64,000 nucleotides of DNA. Source: Antedon mediterranea. Taxonomy: Eukaryota > Animalia > Echinodermata. A program made the translations under genes and the position numbers. Of this stretch, positions 25,670 through 37,600 are shown in pieces (within the stretch, counting starts at the first letter, position 1; the number at the start of each line of letters is the position of its first letter). The stretch lies in NCBI RefSeq assembly GCF_964355755.1, contig NC_092672.1, positions 11,532,001-11,596,000 of the forward strand, in the 5' to 3' direction. Below the pieces are notes generated by a model. The model saw nothing but the letters and a program-made list of their open reading frames with translations, made no database searches and was not told the DNA's origin.

Positions 25670-26558
25670 GAAAGCGAGCGAAGGCAGAGGAGAATGACAA
25701 AAAGGAAAGGGGATAATAGGAAAGGAAGGAAAATTTGAAAAGGGCGCAGAGTAGCATGGTAAAGGGAGAATGAGAAAAGTAGGAGAATGGAAAAATGGAG
25801 GGGAAAAGAAAGGAGAAGAGAATGGAAAATGGAATAGAATGGAACATTAAGAGTATAATGGGAAGGAGAGCAAACGAAAGTGAAGAAGAATAAGAAGGGC
25901 AAAACGGTAGAATGGGAAGAAAATGAAAAGGAAGTGTAACGTCATGGAATAAAACTGAAACGAGAGGAATGAAAGAAAGAAGAACAAGAAACAAGGAATG
26001 AGGGAAATGTAGGAGAATGGAAAGACAATTGGTAAGAAGGTAATGAGAAATAGAGAAGGGGAAGAAGAATATAATGGGAAGAGAACGGGAAAGAAAGAAA
26101 TGGAAAACTGAGTAGAATGGGAAGAAGATCTAGAGTGAATGGAAACAATGTTGGAGAATTGGAAAGGCAGTACAATGGACAGAGAATGAGAATTAAGGAG
26201 ATGAATTGGAAGTGAATAAGAATAAAAATGGCGGAGAATAGGAAGTGTAGAAAAATGTGAAGGAAAGAATATAGTGATGGGTTGAGAAGAAAAAGAATGA
26301 AATTGGAAAGGGAGTTGAACCGGAATGGAGAACTTAAGATGAATGGACACATTGGAGAAAGTTGAGAACAACGAATTATAAAGTTGAACGTGAAGAAGTA
26401 GAGATTGGGAACGGGTATGTAATAATAATGGGAGTGTAATACAAAGGAGAGGAGAAAGGGTAAAGGAGAAGATCATTTGGTAGGAGAATTGTAGGGGAAA
26501 TGGTATGAAAAGGCAAGTATAATTAGGCGACGAGAAAGAGAATAGAAAGGGAATACAA
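25670..26558 (+). repeat. Purine-rich (GA) low-complexity tract / degenerate minisatellite
   Basis: ~890 bp almost devoid of C on the + strand, with recurrent GGAGAATGGAAA / AGAATGGGAAG words; explains the F/S/L/P-rich minus-strand ORFs at 25597-26476. Confidence 0.9.
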
Positions 26559-27203
26559 CGCTGCCAATATAATTTTACCAGCTCACTGCATAACGTACAA
26601 ATGATAATAAATGCAAAAATTCATGAGAAATACCAAAACTATTTTTCTAAATAAATGTGAAAACATTCAAGGTAGCGTGGCCGAGCGGTCTAAGGCGCTG
26701 GTTTTAGGCACCATTAATTTCGATAGCGTGGGTTAGAATGCCACCGCTACCAATATTCTTTTACTGGCTCATTACATAACGTACAAATGATATATTGTTA
26801 TATTTCATGAGAAAACCCGAAACCATAATTAAAAGAATATTCACGGTAGCGTGGCCGAGCGGTCTAAGGCGCTGGTTTTAGGCATCAGTCATTTCGATGG
26901 CGTGGGTTCGAATCCCACCGCTGCCAGTATTTTTGTTACCGACTCCCTACATAACGTACAAATGATATAATTTAAAAACTCATGAGAAATACAGAAACCA
27001 TTTTTCTAAATCAATGTGACAACATTCAAGGTGGCGTAGCCGAGCGATCTAAGGCGCTTGTTTAAGGCACCAGTCATTTCGATGGCGTGGGTTCGAATCC
27101 CACCGCTGACAGTATTTTTTTACCGACTCCCTACATAACGTACAAATGATATATTGTAAAATTTCATGAGAAAAACCGAAACCATAATTAAACGATCATT
27201 CAC

Positions 27204-27285
27204 GGTAGCGTGGCCGAGCGGTCTAAGGCGCTGGTTTAAGGCACCAGTCATTTCGATGGCGTGGGTTCGAATCCCACCGCTGCCA
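27204..27285 (+). tRNA. tRNA-Leu(AAG), representative intact copy of the most common class in the array
   Basis: Anticodon arm CTGGT-TT-AAG-GC-ACCAG; full cloverleaf; near-identical to metazoan cytosolic tRNA-Leu(AAG), with a compensatory T-A pair where vertebrates have A-T at the base of the anticodon stem; terminator TTTTT follows. Confidence 0.95.
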
Positions 27286-27577
27286 GTATTTTTGTTACCG
27301 ACTCCCTACATAACGTACAAATGATATAATGTAAAAATTCATGAGAAATACCAAAACCATTTTTTGTTCTAAATAAATGTGAATACATTGAAGGTAGCGT
27401 AGCCGAGCGGTCTAAGGCGCTTGTCTAAGGCACCAGTAATTTCGATGGCGTGGGTTCGAATCCCACCGCTGCCAGTATAATTTTACCAGCTCGCTACATA
27501 ACGTACAAATGATATAATGTAACAATTCATGAGAAATACCGAAACCATTTTTTCTAAATAAATGTGAAAACATTCAA

Positions 27578-27659
27578 GGTAGCGTGGCCGAGCGGTCTAA
27601 GGCGCTGGTTTCAGGCACCAGTCATTTCGATGGCGTGGGTTCGAATCCCACCGCTGCCA
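27578..27659 (+). tRNA. tRNA-Leu(CAG) variant on the AAG/TAG body (single copy seen)
   Basis: CTGGT-TT-CAG-GC-ACCAG, anticodon at 27612-27614; rest of gene is consensus. Confidence 0.8.
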
Positions 27660-28312
27660 ATATACTTTTACTAGCTCACTACATAACGTACAAATGATGT
27701 AATGTAACAATTCATGAGAAATACCGAAACCATTTTTTGTAAATAAATGTGAAAACATTCAAGGTAGTGTGGCCGAACGGTCTAAGGCTCTGGTTTTAGG
27801 CACCAGTCATTTCGATGGCGTGGGTTCGAATCCCACCGCTGCCAGTATTTTTTACCGACTCCCTACATAACGCACAATTGATATAATGTAAAATGTCATG
27901 AGAAATACCGAAACCATAATTAAACGATCATTCACGGTAGCGTGGCCGAGCGGTCTACCCTAAGGCGCTGGTTTAAGGCATCAGTCATTTCGATGGCGTG
28001 GGTTCGAATCCCACCGCTGCCAGTATTTTTGTTACCGACTCCCTACATAACGTACAAATGATATAATGTAAAAATTCATGAGAAATACCAAACCATTTTT
28101 TTTCTAAATAAATGTGAATACATTGAAGGTAGCGTAGCCGAGCGGTCTAAGGCGCTTGTCTAAGGCACCAGTAATTTCGATGGCGTGGGTTCGAATCCCA
28201 CCGCTGCCAGTATAATTTTACCAGCTCGCTACATAACGTACAAATGATATAATGTAACAATTCATGAGAAATACCGAAACCATTTTTTCTAAATAAATGT
28301 GAAAACATTCAA

Positions 28313-28394
28313 GGTAGCGTGGCCGAGCGGTCTAAGGCGCTGGTTTTAGGCACCAGTCATTTCGATGGCGTGGGTTCGAATCCCACCGCTGCCA
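28313..28394 (+). tRNA. tRNA-Leu(TAG), representative intact copy of the second class in the array
   Basis: Anticodon arm CTGGT-TT-TAG-GC-ACCAG; body otherwise identical to the AAG class; followed by ATATAATTTT terminator. Confidence 0.95.
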
Positions 28395-31300
28395 ATATAA
28401 TTTTACTAGCTCACTACATAACGTACAAATGATGTAATGTAACAATTCATGAGAAATACCGAAACCATTTTTTCTAAATAAATGTGACAACATTCAAGGT
28501 AGCGTGGCCGAGCGGTCTAAGGCGCTGGTTTAGGCACCAGTCATTTCGATGGCGTAGGTTCGAATCCCACCGCTGGCAGTATCTTTTTACCGACTCCCTA
28601 CATAACGCACAATTGATAAAATGTAAAATTTCTTGAGAAAAACCGAAACCATAATTAAACGAACATTCACGGTAGCGTGGCCGAGCGGTCTAAGGCGCTG
28701 GTTTAAGGCACCAGTCATTTCGATGGCGTGGGTTCCAATCCCACCGCTGCCAATATAATTTTACCAGCTCACTATATAACGTACAAATGATATAATGTAA
28801 AAATTCATGAGAAATACCGAAACCATTTTTTCTAAATAAATGTGGAAAAATTCAAGGTAGCGTGGCCGAGCGGTCTTAGGCGCTGGTTTAAGGCTCCAGT
28901 CATTTCAATGGCGTGGGTTCGAATCCCACCGCCGCCAGTATCTTTTTACCGACTCCCTACATAACGCACAATTGATATAATGTAAAATTTCTTGAGAAAA
29001 ACCGAAACCATAATTAAACGAACATTCACGGTAGCGTGGCCGAGCGGTCTAAGGCGCTGGTTTAAGGCACCAGTCATTTCGATGGCGTGGGGTCGAATCC
29101 CACCGCTGCCAATATAATTTTACAAGCTCTCTACATAACGTACAAATGATATAATATAACAATTCATGAGAAATACCGAAACCATTTTTTTCTAAATAAA
29201 TATGAAAACATTCACGGTAGCGTGGCCGAGCGGTCTAAGGCGCTGGTTTAAGGCACCAGTCATTTCGATGGCGTGGGTTCGAATCCCACCGCTGCCAATA
29301 TAATTTTACCAGCTCTCTACATAACGTACAAATGATGAGAAGTACCGAAACCATTTTTTCTAAATAAATGTGAAAACATTCAAGGTAGCATGGCCGAGCG
29401 TTCTAAGGTGCGGGTTTTAGGCACCAGTCATTGCGATGGCATGGGTTTGAATCCCACCGCTGCCAATATTCTTTTACCGGCTCATTACATAACGTACAAA
29501 TGATATATTGTAACATTTCATGAGAAAAGCCGAAACCATAATTAAAAAAACATTCACGGTAGCGTGGACGAGCGGTCTAAGGCGCTGGTTTAAGGAACCA
29601 GTCATTTCGATGGCGTGTGTTCGAATCCCACCGCTGCCAATATTCTTTTACCGTCTCATTACATAACGTACAAATGATATATTGTAAAATTTCATGAGAA
29701 AAGCCGAAACCATAATTAAACAAACTTTCACGGTAGCGTGGACGAGCGGTCTCAGGCGCTGGTTTAAGGAACCAGTCATTTCGATGGAGTGGGTTCGAAT
29801 CCCACTGCTGCCAACCTAATTTTACCAGCTCACTACATAACGTACAAATGATATAATGTAAAAATTCATGAGAAATACCGAAACCATTTTTTCTAAATAA
29901 ATGTGAAAACATTCAAGGTAGCGTGGCCGAGCGGTCTAAGGCGCTGGTTTTAGGCACCAGTCATTTTGATGGCGTGGGTTCGAATCCCACCGCTGCCAGT
30001 ATATTTTTACCGACTTCCTACAAAACGCACAATTGATAAAATGTAAGATTTCATGAAAAAACCGAAACCATAATTAAACGAACATTCACGGTAGCGTGGC
30101 CGAGTGGTCTAAGGCGCTGGTTTAAGGCACCAGTCATTTCGATGGCGTGGGTTCGAATCCCACCGCTGCCAATATAATTTTACCAGCTCACTACATAACG
30201 TACAAATGATATAATGTAACAATTCATGAGAAATACCCAAACCAGTTTTTCTAAATAAATGTGGAAACATTCAAGGTAGCGTGGCCGAGCGGTCTAAGGC
30301 GCTGGTTTTAGGCACCAGTCATTTCGATGGCGTGGGTTCGAATCCCTCCGCTGCCAGTATTTTTTTACCGACTCCCTACATAACGCACAATTGATATAAT
30401 GTAAAAATTCATGTGAAATACCAAAACCATTTTTTTTCTAAATAAATGTAAATACATTGAAGGTAGCGTGGCCGAGCGGTCTAAGGCGCTGGTTTAAGGA
30501 ACCTGTCACTTCGATGGCGTGGGTTCGAATCCCACCGCTGGCAGTATTTTTTGTACTGACTCCATACATAACGTACAAATGATATTTAAAAATTCATGAG
30601 AAATACCGAAACCATTTTTCTAAATCAATGTGACAACATTCAAAGAAGCGTGGCCGAGCGGTCTAAGGCGCTGGTTTTAGGCACCAGTCATTTCGATGGC
30701 GTGGGTTCGAATCCCACCGCTGCCAGTATTTTTGTTACCGACTCCCTACATAACGCACAATTGATATAATGTAAAAATTCATGTGAAATACCAAAACCAT
30801 TTTTTTTCTAAATAAATGTAAATACATTGAAGGTAGCGTGGCCGAGCGGTCTAAGGCGCTGGTTTAAGGAACCTGTCACTTCGATGGCGTGGGTTCGAAT
30901 CCCACCGCTGGCAGTATTTTTTGTACTGACTCCATACATAACGTACAAATGATATTTAAAAATTCATGAGAAATACCGAAACCATTTTTCTAAATCAATG
31001 TGACAACATTCAAGGAAGCGTGGCCGAGCGGTCTAAGGCGCTGGTTTTAGGCACCAGTCATTTCGATGGCGTGGGTTTGAATCCCACCGCTGCCAGTATT
31101 TTTTTACCGACTCCCTACATAACGTACAAATCATATATTGTAAAATTTCATGAGAAAAACCGAAACCATTATCAAACGATCATTCACGGTAGCGTAGCCG
31201 AGCGGTCTAAGGCGCGGGTTTAAGGCACCAGTCATTTCGATGGCGTGGGTTCGAATCCCACCGCTGCCAGTATTTTTTTACCGACTCCCTACATAACGTA

Positions 31301-31550
31301 CAAATGATATATTGTAAAATTTCATGAGAAAAACCGAAACCATTATTAAACGATCATTCACGGTAGCGTGGCCGAGCGGTCTAAGGCGCTGGTTTAAGGC
31401 ACCAGTCATTTCGATGGCGTGGGTTCGAATCCCACCGCTGCCAGTATTTTTGTTACCGACTCCCTACATAACGTACAAATGATATAATGTAAAAATTCAT
31501 GAGAAATACCAAAACCATTTTTTTTTCTAAATAAATATGAATACATTGAA

Positions 31551-31632
31551 GGTAGCGTAGCCGAGCGGTCTAAGGCGCTTGTCCAGGGCACTAGTAATTT
31601 CGATGGCGTGGGTTCGAATCCCACCGCTGCCA
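31551..31632 (+). tRNA. tRNA-Leu-body gene with AGG (Pro-type) anticodon; probably impaired
   Basis: Arm CTTGT-CC-AGG-GC-ACTAG (AGG at 31585-31587, C at position 33, one T-T mismatch in the stem); A and B boxes, acceptor stem and T stem intact. Paralogues at 34292-34373 and 40833-40914 also have a D-stem mutation. Confidence 0.7.
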
Positions 31633-34600
31633 GTATAATTTTACCAGCTTGCTACATAACGTACAAATGATATAATGTAACAATTCATGAGAAATACCGA
31701 AACCATTTTTTCTAAATAATTAAATGTGAAAACATTCAAGGTAGCGTGGCCGAGCGGTCTAAGGCGCTGGTTTTAGGCACCAGTCATTTCGATGGCATGG
31801 GTTCGAATCCCACCGCTGCCAATATACTTTTACTAGCTCACTACATAACGTACAAATGATGTAATGTAACAATTCATGAGAAATACCGAAACCATTTTTT
31901 GTAAATAAATGTGAAAACATTCAAGGTTGCGTGGCCGAGCGGTCTAAGGCTCTGGTTTTAGGCACCAGTCATTTCGATGGCGTGGGTTCGAATCCCACCG
32001 CTGCCAGTATTTTTTTACCGACTCCCTACATAACGCACCATTGATATAATGTAAAATGTCATGAGAAATACCGAAACCATAATTAAACGCTCATTCACGG
32101 TAGCGTGGCCGAGCGGTCTAAGGCGCTGGTTTAAGGCACCAGTCATTTCGATGGCGTGGGTTCGAATCCCACCGCTGCCAGTATTTTTGTTACCGACTCC
32201 CTACATAACGTACAAATGATATAATGTAAAAATTCTTGAGAAATACCAAAACCATTTTTTTTCTAAATAAATGTGAATACATTGAAGGTAGCGTAGCCGA
32301 GCGGTCTAAGGCGCTTGTCTAAGGCACCAGTAATTTCGATGGCGTGGGTTCGAATCCCACCGCTGCCAGTATAATTTTACCAGCTCGCTACATAACGTAC
32401 AAATGATATAATGTAACAATTCATGAGAAATACCGAAACCATTTTTTCTAAATAAATGTGAGAACATTCAAGGTAGCGTGGCCGAGCGGTCTAAGGCGCT
32501 GGTTTTAGGCACCAGTCATTTCGATGGCGTGGGTTCGAATCCCACCGCTGCCAATATAATTTTACTAGCTCACTACATAACGTACAAATGATGTAATGTA
32601 ACAATTCATGAGAAATACCGAAACCATTTTTTCTAAATAAATGTGACAACATTCAAGGAAGCGTGGCCGAGCGGTCTAAGGCGCTGGTTTTAGGCACCAG
32701 TCATTTCGATGGCGTAGGTTCGAATCCCACCGCTGGCAGTATCTTTTTACCGACTCCCTACATAACGCACATTTGATGAAATGTAAAATTTCTTGAGAAA
32801 AACCGAAACCATAATTAAACGAACATTCACGGTAGCGTGGCCGAGCGGTCTAAGGCGCTGGTTTAAGGCACCAGTCATTTCGATGGCGTGGGTTCCAATC
32901 CCACCGCTGCCAATATAATTTTACCAGCTCACTACATAACGTACAAATGATATAATGTAAAAATTCATGAGAAATACCGAAACCATTTTTTCGAAATAAA
33001 TGTGGAAACATTCAAGGTAGCGTGGCCGAGCGGTCTTAGGCGCTGGTTTAAGGCACCAGTCATTTCGATGGCGTGGGTTCGAATCCCTCCGCTGCCAGTA
33101 TTTTTTTACCGACTCCCTACATAACGCACAATTGATATAATGTAAAAATTCATGTGAAATACCAAAACCATTTTTTTTCTAAATAAATGTAAATACATTG
33201 AAGGTAGCGTGGCCGAGCGGTCTAAGGCGCTGTTTTAAGGAACCTGTCAGTTCGATGGCGTGGGTTCGAATCCCACCGCTGGCAGTATTTTTTGTACTGA
33301 CTCCATACATAACGTACAAATGATATTTAAAAATTCATGAGAAATACCGAAACCATTTTTCTAAATCAATGTGACAACATTCAAGGAAGCGTGGCCGAGC
33401 GGTCTAAGGCGCTGGTTTTAGGCACCAGTCATTTCGATGGCGTGGGTTCGAATCCCACCGCTGCCATTATTTTTTTACCGACTCCCTACATAACGTACAA
33501 ATGATATATTGTAAAATTTCATGAGAAAAACCGAAACCATTATCAAACGATCATTCACGGTAGGGTAGCCGAGCGGTCTAAGGCTCGGGTTTAAGGCACC
33601 AGTCATTTCGATGGCGTGGGTTCGAATCCCACCGCTGCCAGTATTTTTGTTACCGACTCCCTACATAACGCACAATTGATATAATGTAAAAATTCATGTG
33701 AAATACCAAAACCATTTTTTTTCTAAATAAATGTAAATACATTGAAGGTAGCGTGGCCGAGCGGTCTAAGGCGCTGGTTTAAGGAACCTGTCACTTCGAT
33801 GGCGTGGGTTCGAATCCCACCGCTGGCAGTATTTTTTGTACTGACTCCATACATAACGTACAAATGATATTTAAAAATTCATGAGAAATACCGAAACCAT
33901 TTTTCTAAATCAATGTGACAACATTCAAGGAAGCGTGGCCGAGCGGTCTAAGGCGCTGGTTTTAGGCACCAGTCATTTCGATGGCGTGGGTTCGAATCCC
34001 ACCGCTGCCAGTATTTTTTTACCGACTCCCTACATAACGTACAAATGATATATTGTAAAATTTCATGAGAAAAACCGAAACCATTATTAAACGATCATTC
34101 ACGGTAGCGTGGCCGAGCGGTCTAAGGCGCTGGTTTAAGGCACCAGTCATTTCGATGGCGTGGGTTCGAATCCCACCGCTGCCAGTATTTTTGTTACCGA
34201 CTCCCTACATAACGTACAAATGATATAATGTAAAAATTCATGAGAAATACCAAAACCATTTTTTTTTCTAAATAAATATGAATACATTGAAGGTAGCGTA
34301 GCAGAGCGGTCTAAGGCGCTTGTCCAGGGCACTAGTAATTTCGATGGCGTGGGTTCGAATCCCACCGCTGCCAGTATAATTTTACCAGCTCGCTACATAA
34401 CGTACAAATGATATAATGTAACAATTCATGAGAAATACCGAAACCATTTTTTCTAAATAATTAAATGTGAAAACATTCAAGGTAGCGTGGCCGAGCGGTC
34501 TAAGGCGCTGGTTTTAGGCACCAGTCATTTCGATGGCATGGGTTCGAATCCCACCGCTGCCAATATACTTTTACTAGCTCACTACATAACGTACAAATGA

Positions 34601-37600
34601 TGTAATGTAACAATTCATGAGAAATACCGAAACCATTTTTTGTAAATAAATGTGAAAACATTCAAGGTAGCGTGGCCGAGCGGTCTAAGGCTCTGGTTTT
34701 AGGCACCAGTCATTTCGATGGCGTGGGTTCGAATCCCACCGCTGCCAGTATTTTTTTACCGACTCCCTACATAACGCACAATTGATATAATGTAAAATGT
34801 CATGAGAAATACCGAAACCATAATTAAACGCTCATTCACGGTAGCGTGGCCGAGCGGTCTAAGGCGCTGGTTTAAGGCACCAGTCATTTCGATGGCGTGG
34901 GTTCGAATCCCACCGCTGCCAGTATTTTTGTTACCGACTCCCTACATAACGTACAAATGATATAATGTAAAAATTCATGAGAAATACCAAAACCATTTTT
35001 TTTCTAAATAAATGTGAATACATTGAAGGTAGCGTAGCCGAGCGGTCTAAGGCGCTTGTCTAAGGCACCAGTAATTTCGATGGCGTGGGTTCGAATCCCA
35101 CCGCTGCCAGTAAAATTTTACCAGCTCGCTACATAACGTACAAATGATATAATGTAACAATTCATGAGAAATACCGAAACCATTTTTTCTAAATAAATGT
35201 GAAAACATTCAAGGTAGCGTGGCCGAGCGGTCTAAGGCGCTGGTTTTAGGCACCAGTCATTTCGATGGCGTGGGTTCGAATCCCACCGCTGCCAGTATAT
35301 TTTTACCGACTTCCTACAAAACGCACAATTGATAAAATGTAAGATTTCATGAAAAAACCGAAACCATAATTAAACGAACATTCACGGTAGCGTGGCCGAG
35401 TGGTCTAAGGCGCTGGTTTAAGGCACCAGTCATTTCGATGGCGTGGGTTCGAATCCCACCGCTGCCAATATAATTTTACCAGCTCACTACATAACGTACA
35501 AATGATATAATGTAACAATTCATGAGAAATACCCAAACCAGTTTTTCTAAATAAATGTGGAAACATTCAAGGTAGCGTGGCCGAGCGGTCTAAGGCGCTG
35601 GTTTTAGGCACCAGTCATTTCGATGGCGTGGGTTCGAATCCCACCGCTGCCAATATAATTTTACTAGCTCACTACATAACGTACAAATGATGTAATGTAA
35701 CAATTCATGAGAAATACCGAAACCATTTTTTCTAAATAAATGTGACAACATTCAAGGAAGCGTGGCCGAGCGGTCTAAGGCGCTGGTTTTAGGCACCAGT
35801 CATTTCGATGCCGTAGGTTCGAATCCCACCGCTGGCAGTATCTTTTTACCGACTCCCTACATAACGCACATTTGATGAAATGTAAAATTTCTTGAGAAAA
35901 ACCGAAACCATAATTAAACAAACATTCACGGTAGCGTGGCCGAGCGGTCTAAGGCGCTGGTTTAAGGCACCAGTCATTTCGATGGCGTGGGTTCCAATCC
36001 CACCGCTGCCAATATAATTTTACCAGCTCACTACATAACGTACAAATGATATAATGTAAAAATTCATGAGAAATACCGAAACCATTTTTTCGAAATAAAT
36101 GTGGAAACATTCAAGGTAGCGTGGCCGAGCGGTCTTAGGCGCTGGTTTAAGGCACCAGTCATTTCAATGGCGTGGGTTCGAATCCCTCCGCCGCCAGTAT
36201 CTTTTTACCGACTCCCTACATAACGCACAATTGATATAATGTAAAATTTCTTGAGAAAAACCGAAACCATAATTAAACGAACATTCACGGTAGCGTAGCC
36301 GAGCGGTCTAAGGCGCTTGTCTAAGGCACCAGTAATTTCGATGGCGTGGGTTCGAATACCACCGCTGCCAGTATAATTTTACCAGCTCGCTACATAACGT
36401 ACAAATGATATAATGTAACAATTCATGAGAAATACCGAAACCATTTTTTCTAAATAAATGTGAAAACATTCAAGGTAGCGTGGCCGAGCGGTCTAAGGCG
36501 CTGGTTTTAGGCACCAGTCATTTCGATGGCGTGGGTTCGAATCCCACCGCTGCCAATATAATTTTACTAGCTCACTACATAACGTACAAATGATGTAATG
36601 TAACAATTCATGAGAAATACCGAAACCATTTTTTCTAAATTAAATGTGACAACATTCAAGGAAGCGTGGCCGAGCGGTCTAAGGCGCTGGTTTTAGGCAC
36701 CAGTCATTTCGATGGCGTAGGTTCGAATCCCACCGCTGGCAGTATCTTTTTACCGACTCCCTACATAACGCACATTTGATAAAATGTAAAATTTCTTGAG
36801 AAAAACCGAAACCATAATTAAACGAACATTCACGGTAGCGTGGCCGAGCGGTCTAAGGCGCTGGTGTAAGGCACCAGTCATTTCGATGGCGTGGGTTCCA
36901 ATCCCACCGCTGCCAATATAATTTTACCAGCTCACTACATAACGTACAAATGATATAATGTAAAAATTCATGAGAAATACCGAAACCATTTTTTCTAAAT
37001 AAATGTGGAAACATTCAAGGTAGCGTGGCCGAGCGGTCTTAGGCGCTGGTTTAAGGCACCAGTCATTTCAATGGCGTGGGTTCGAATCCCACCGCCGCCA
37101 GTATCTTTTTACCGACTCCCTACATAACGCACAATTGATATAATGTAAAATTTCTTGAGAAAAACCGAAACCATAATTAAACGAACATTCACGGTAGCGT
37201 GGCCGAGCGGTCTAAGGCTCTGGTTTAAGGCACCAGTCATTTCGATGGCGTGGGTTCGAATCCCACCGCTGCCAATATAATTTTACCAGCTCTCTACATA
37301 ACGTACAAATGATATAATATAACAATTCATGAGAAGTACCGAAACCATTTTTTTCTAAATAAATGTGAAAACATTCACGGTAGCGTGGCCGAGCGGTCTA
37401 AGGCGCTGGTTTAAGGCACCAGTCATTTCGATGGCGTGGGTTCGAATCCCACCGCTGCCAATATAATTTAACCAGCTCTCTACATAACGTACAAATGATA
37501 TAATATAACAATTCATGAGAAGTACCGTAACCATTTTTTCTAAATAAATGTGAAAACATTCAAGGTAGCGTGGCCGAGCGATCTAAGGCGCTGGTTTTAG

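Noticed and set aside
25597-26476. F/S/L/P-rich ORFs up to 209 aa
   Set aside because: Artefact of the pyrimidine-rich minus strand, where stop codons are rare; open in several frames.
28498-28578. 6-nt anticodon loop as a frameshift-suppressor tRNA
   Set aside because: Single copy; loss of one T in a homopolymer is as likely a sequencing error, and the copy also has a T-stem mismatch.
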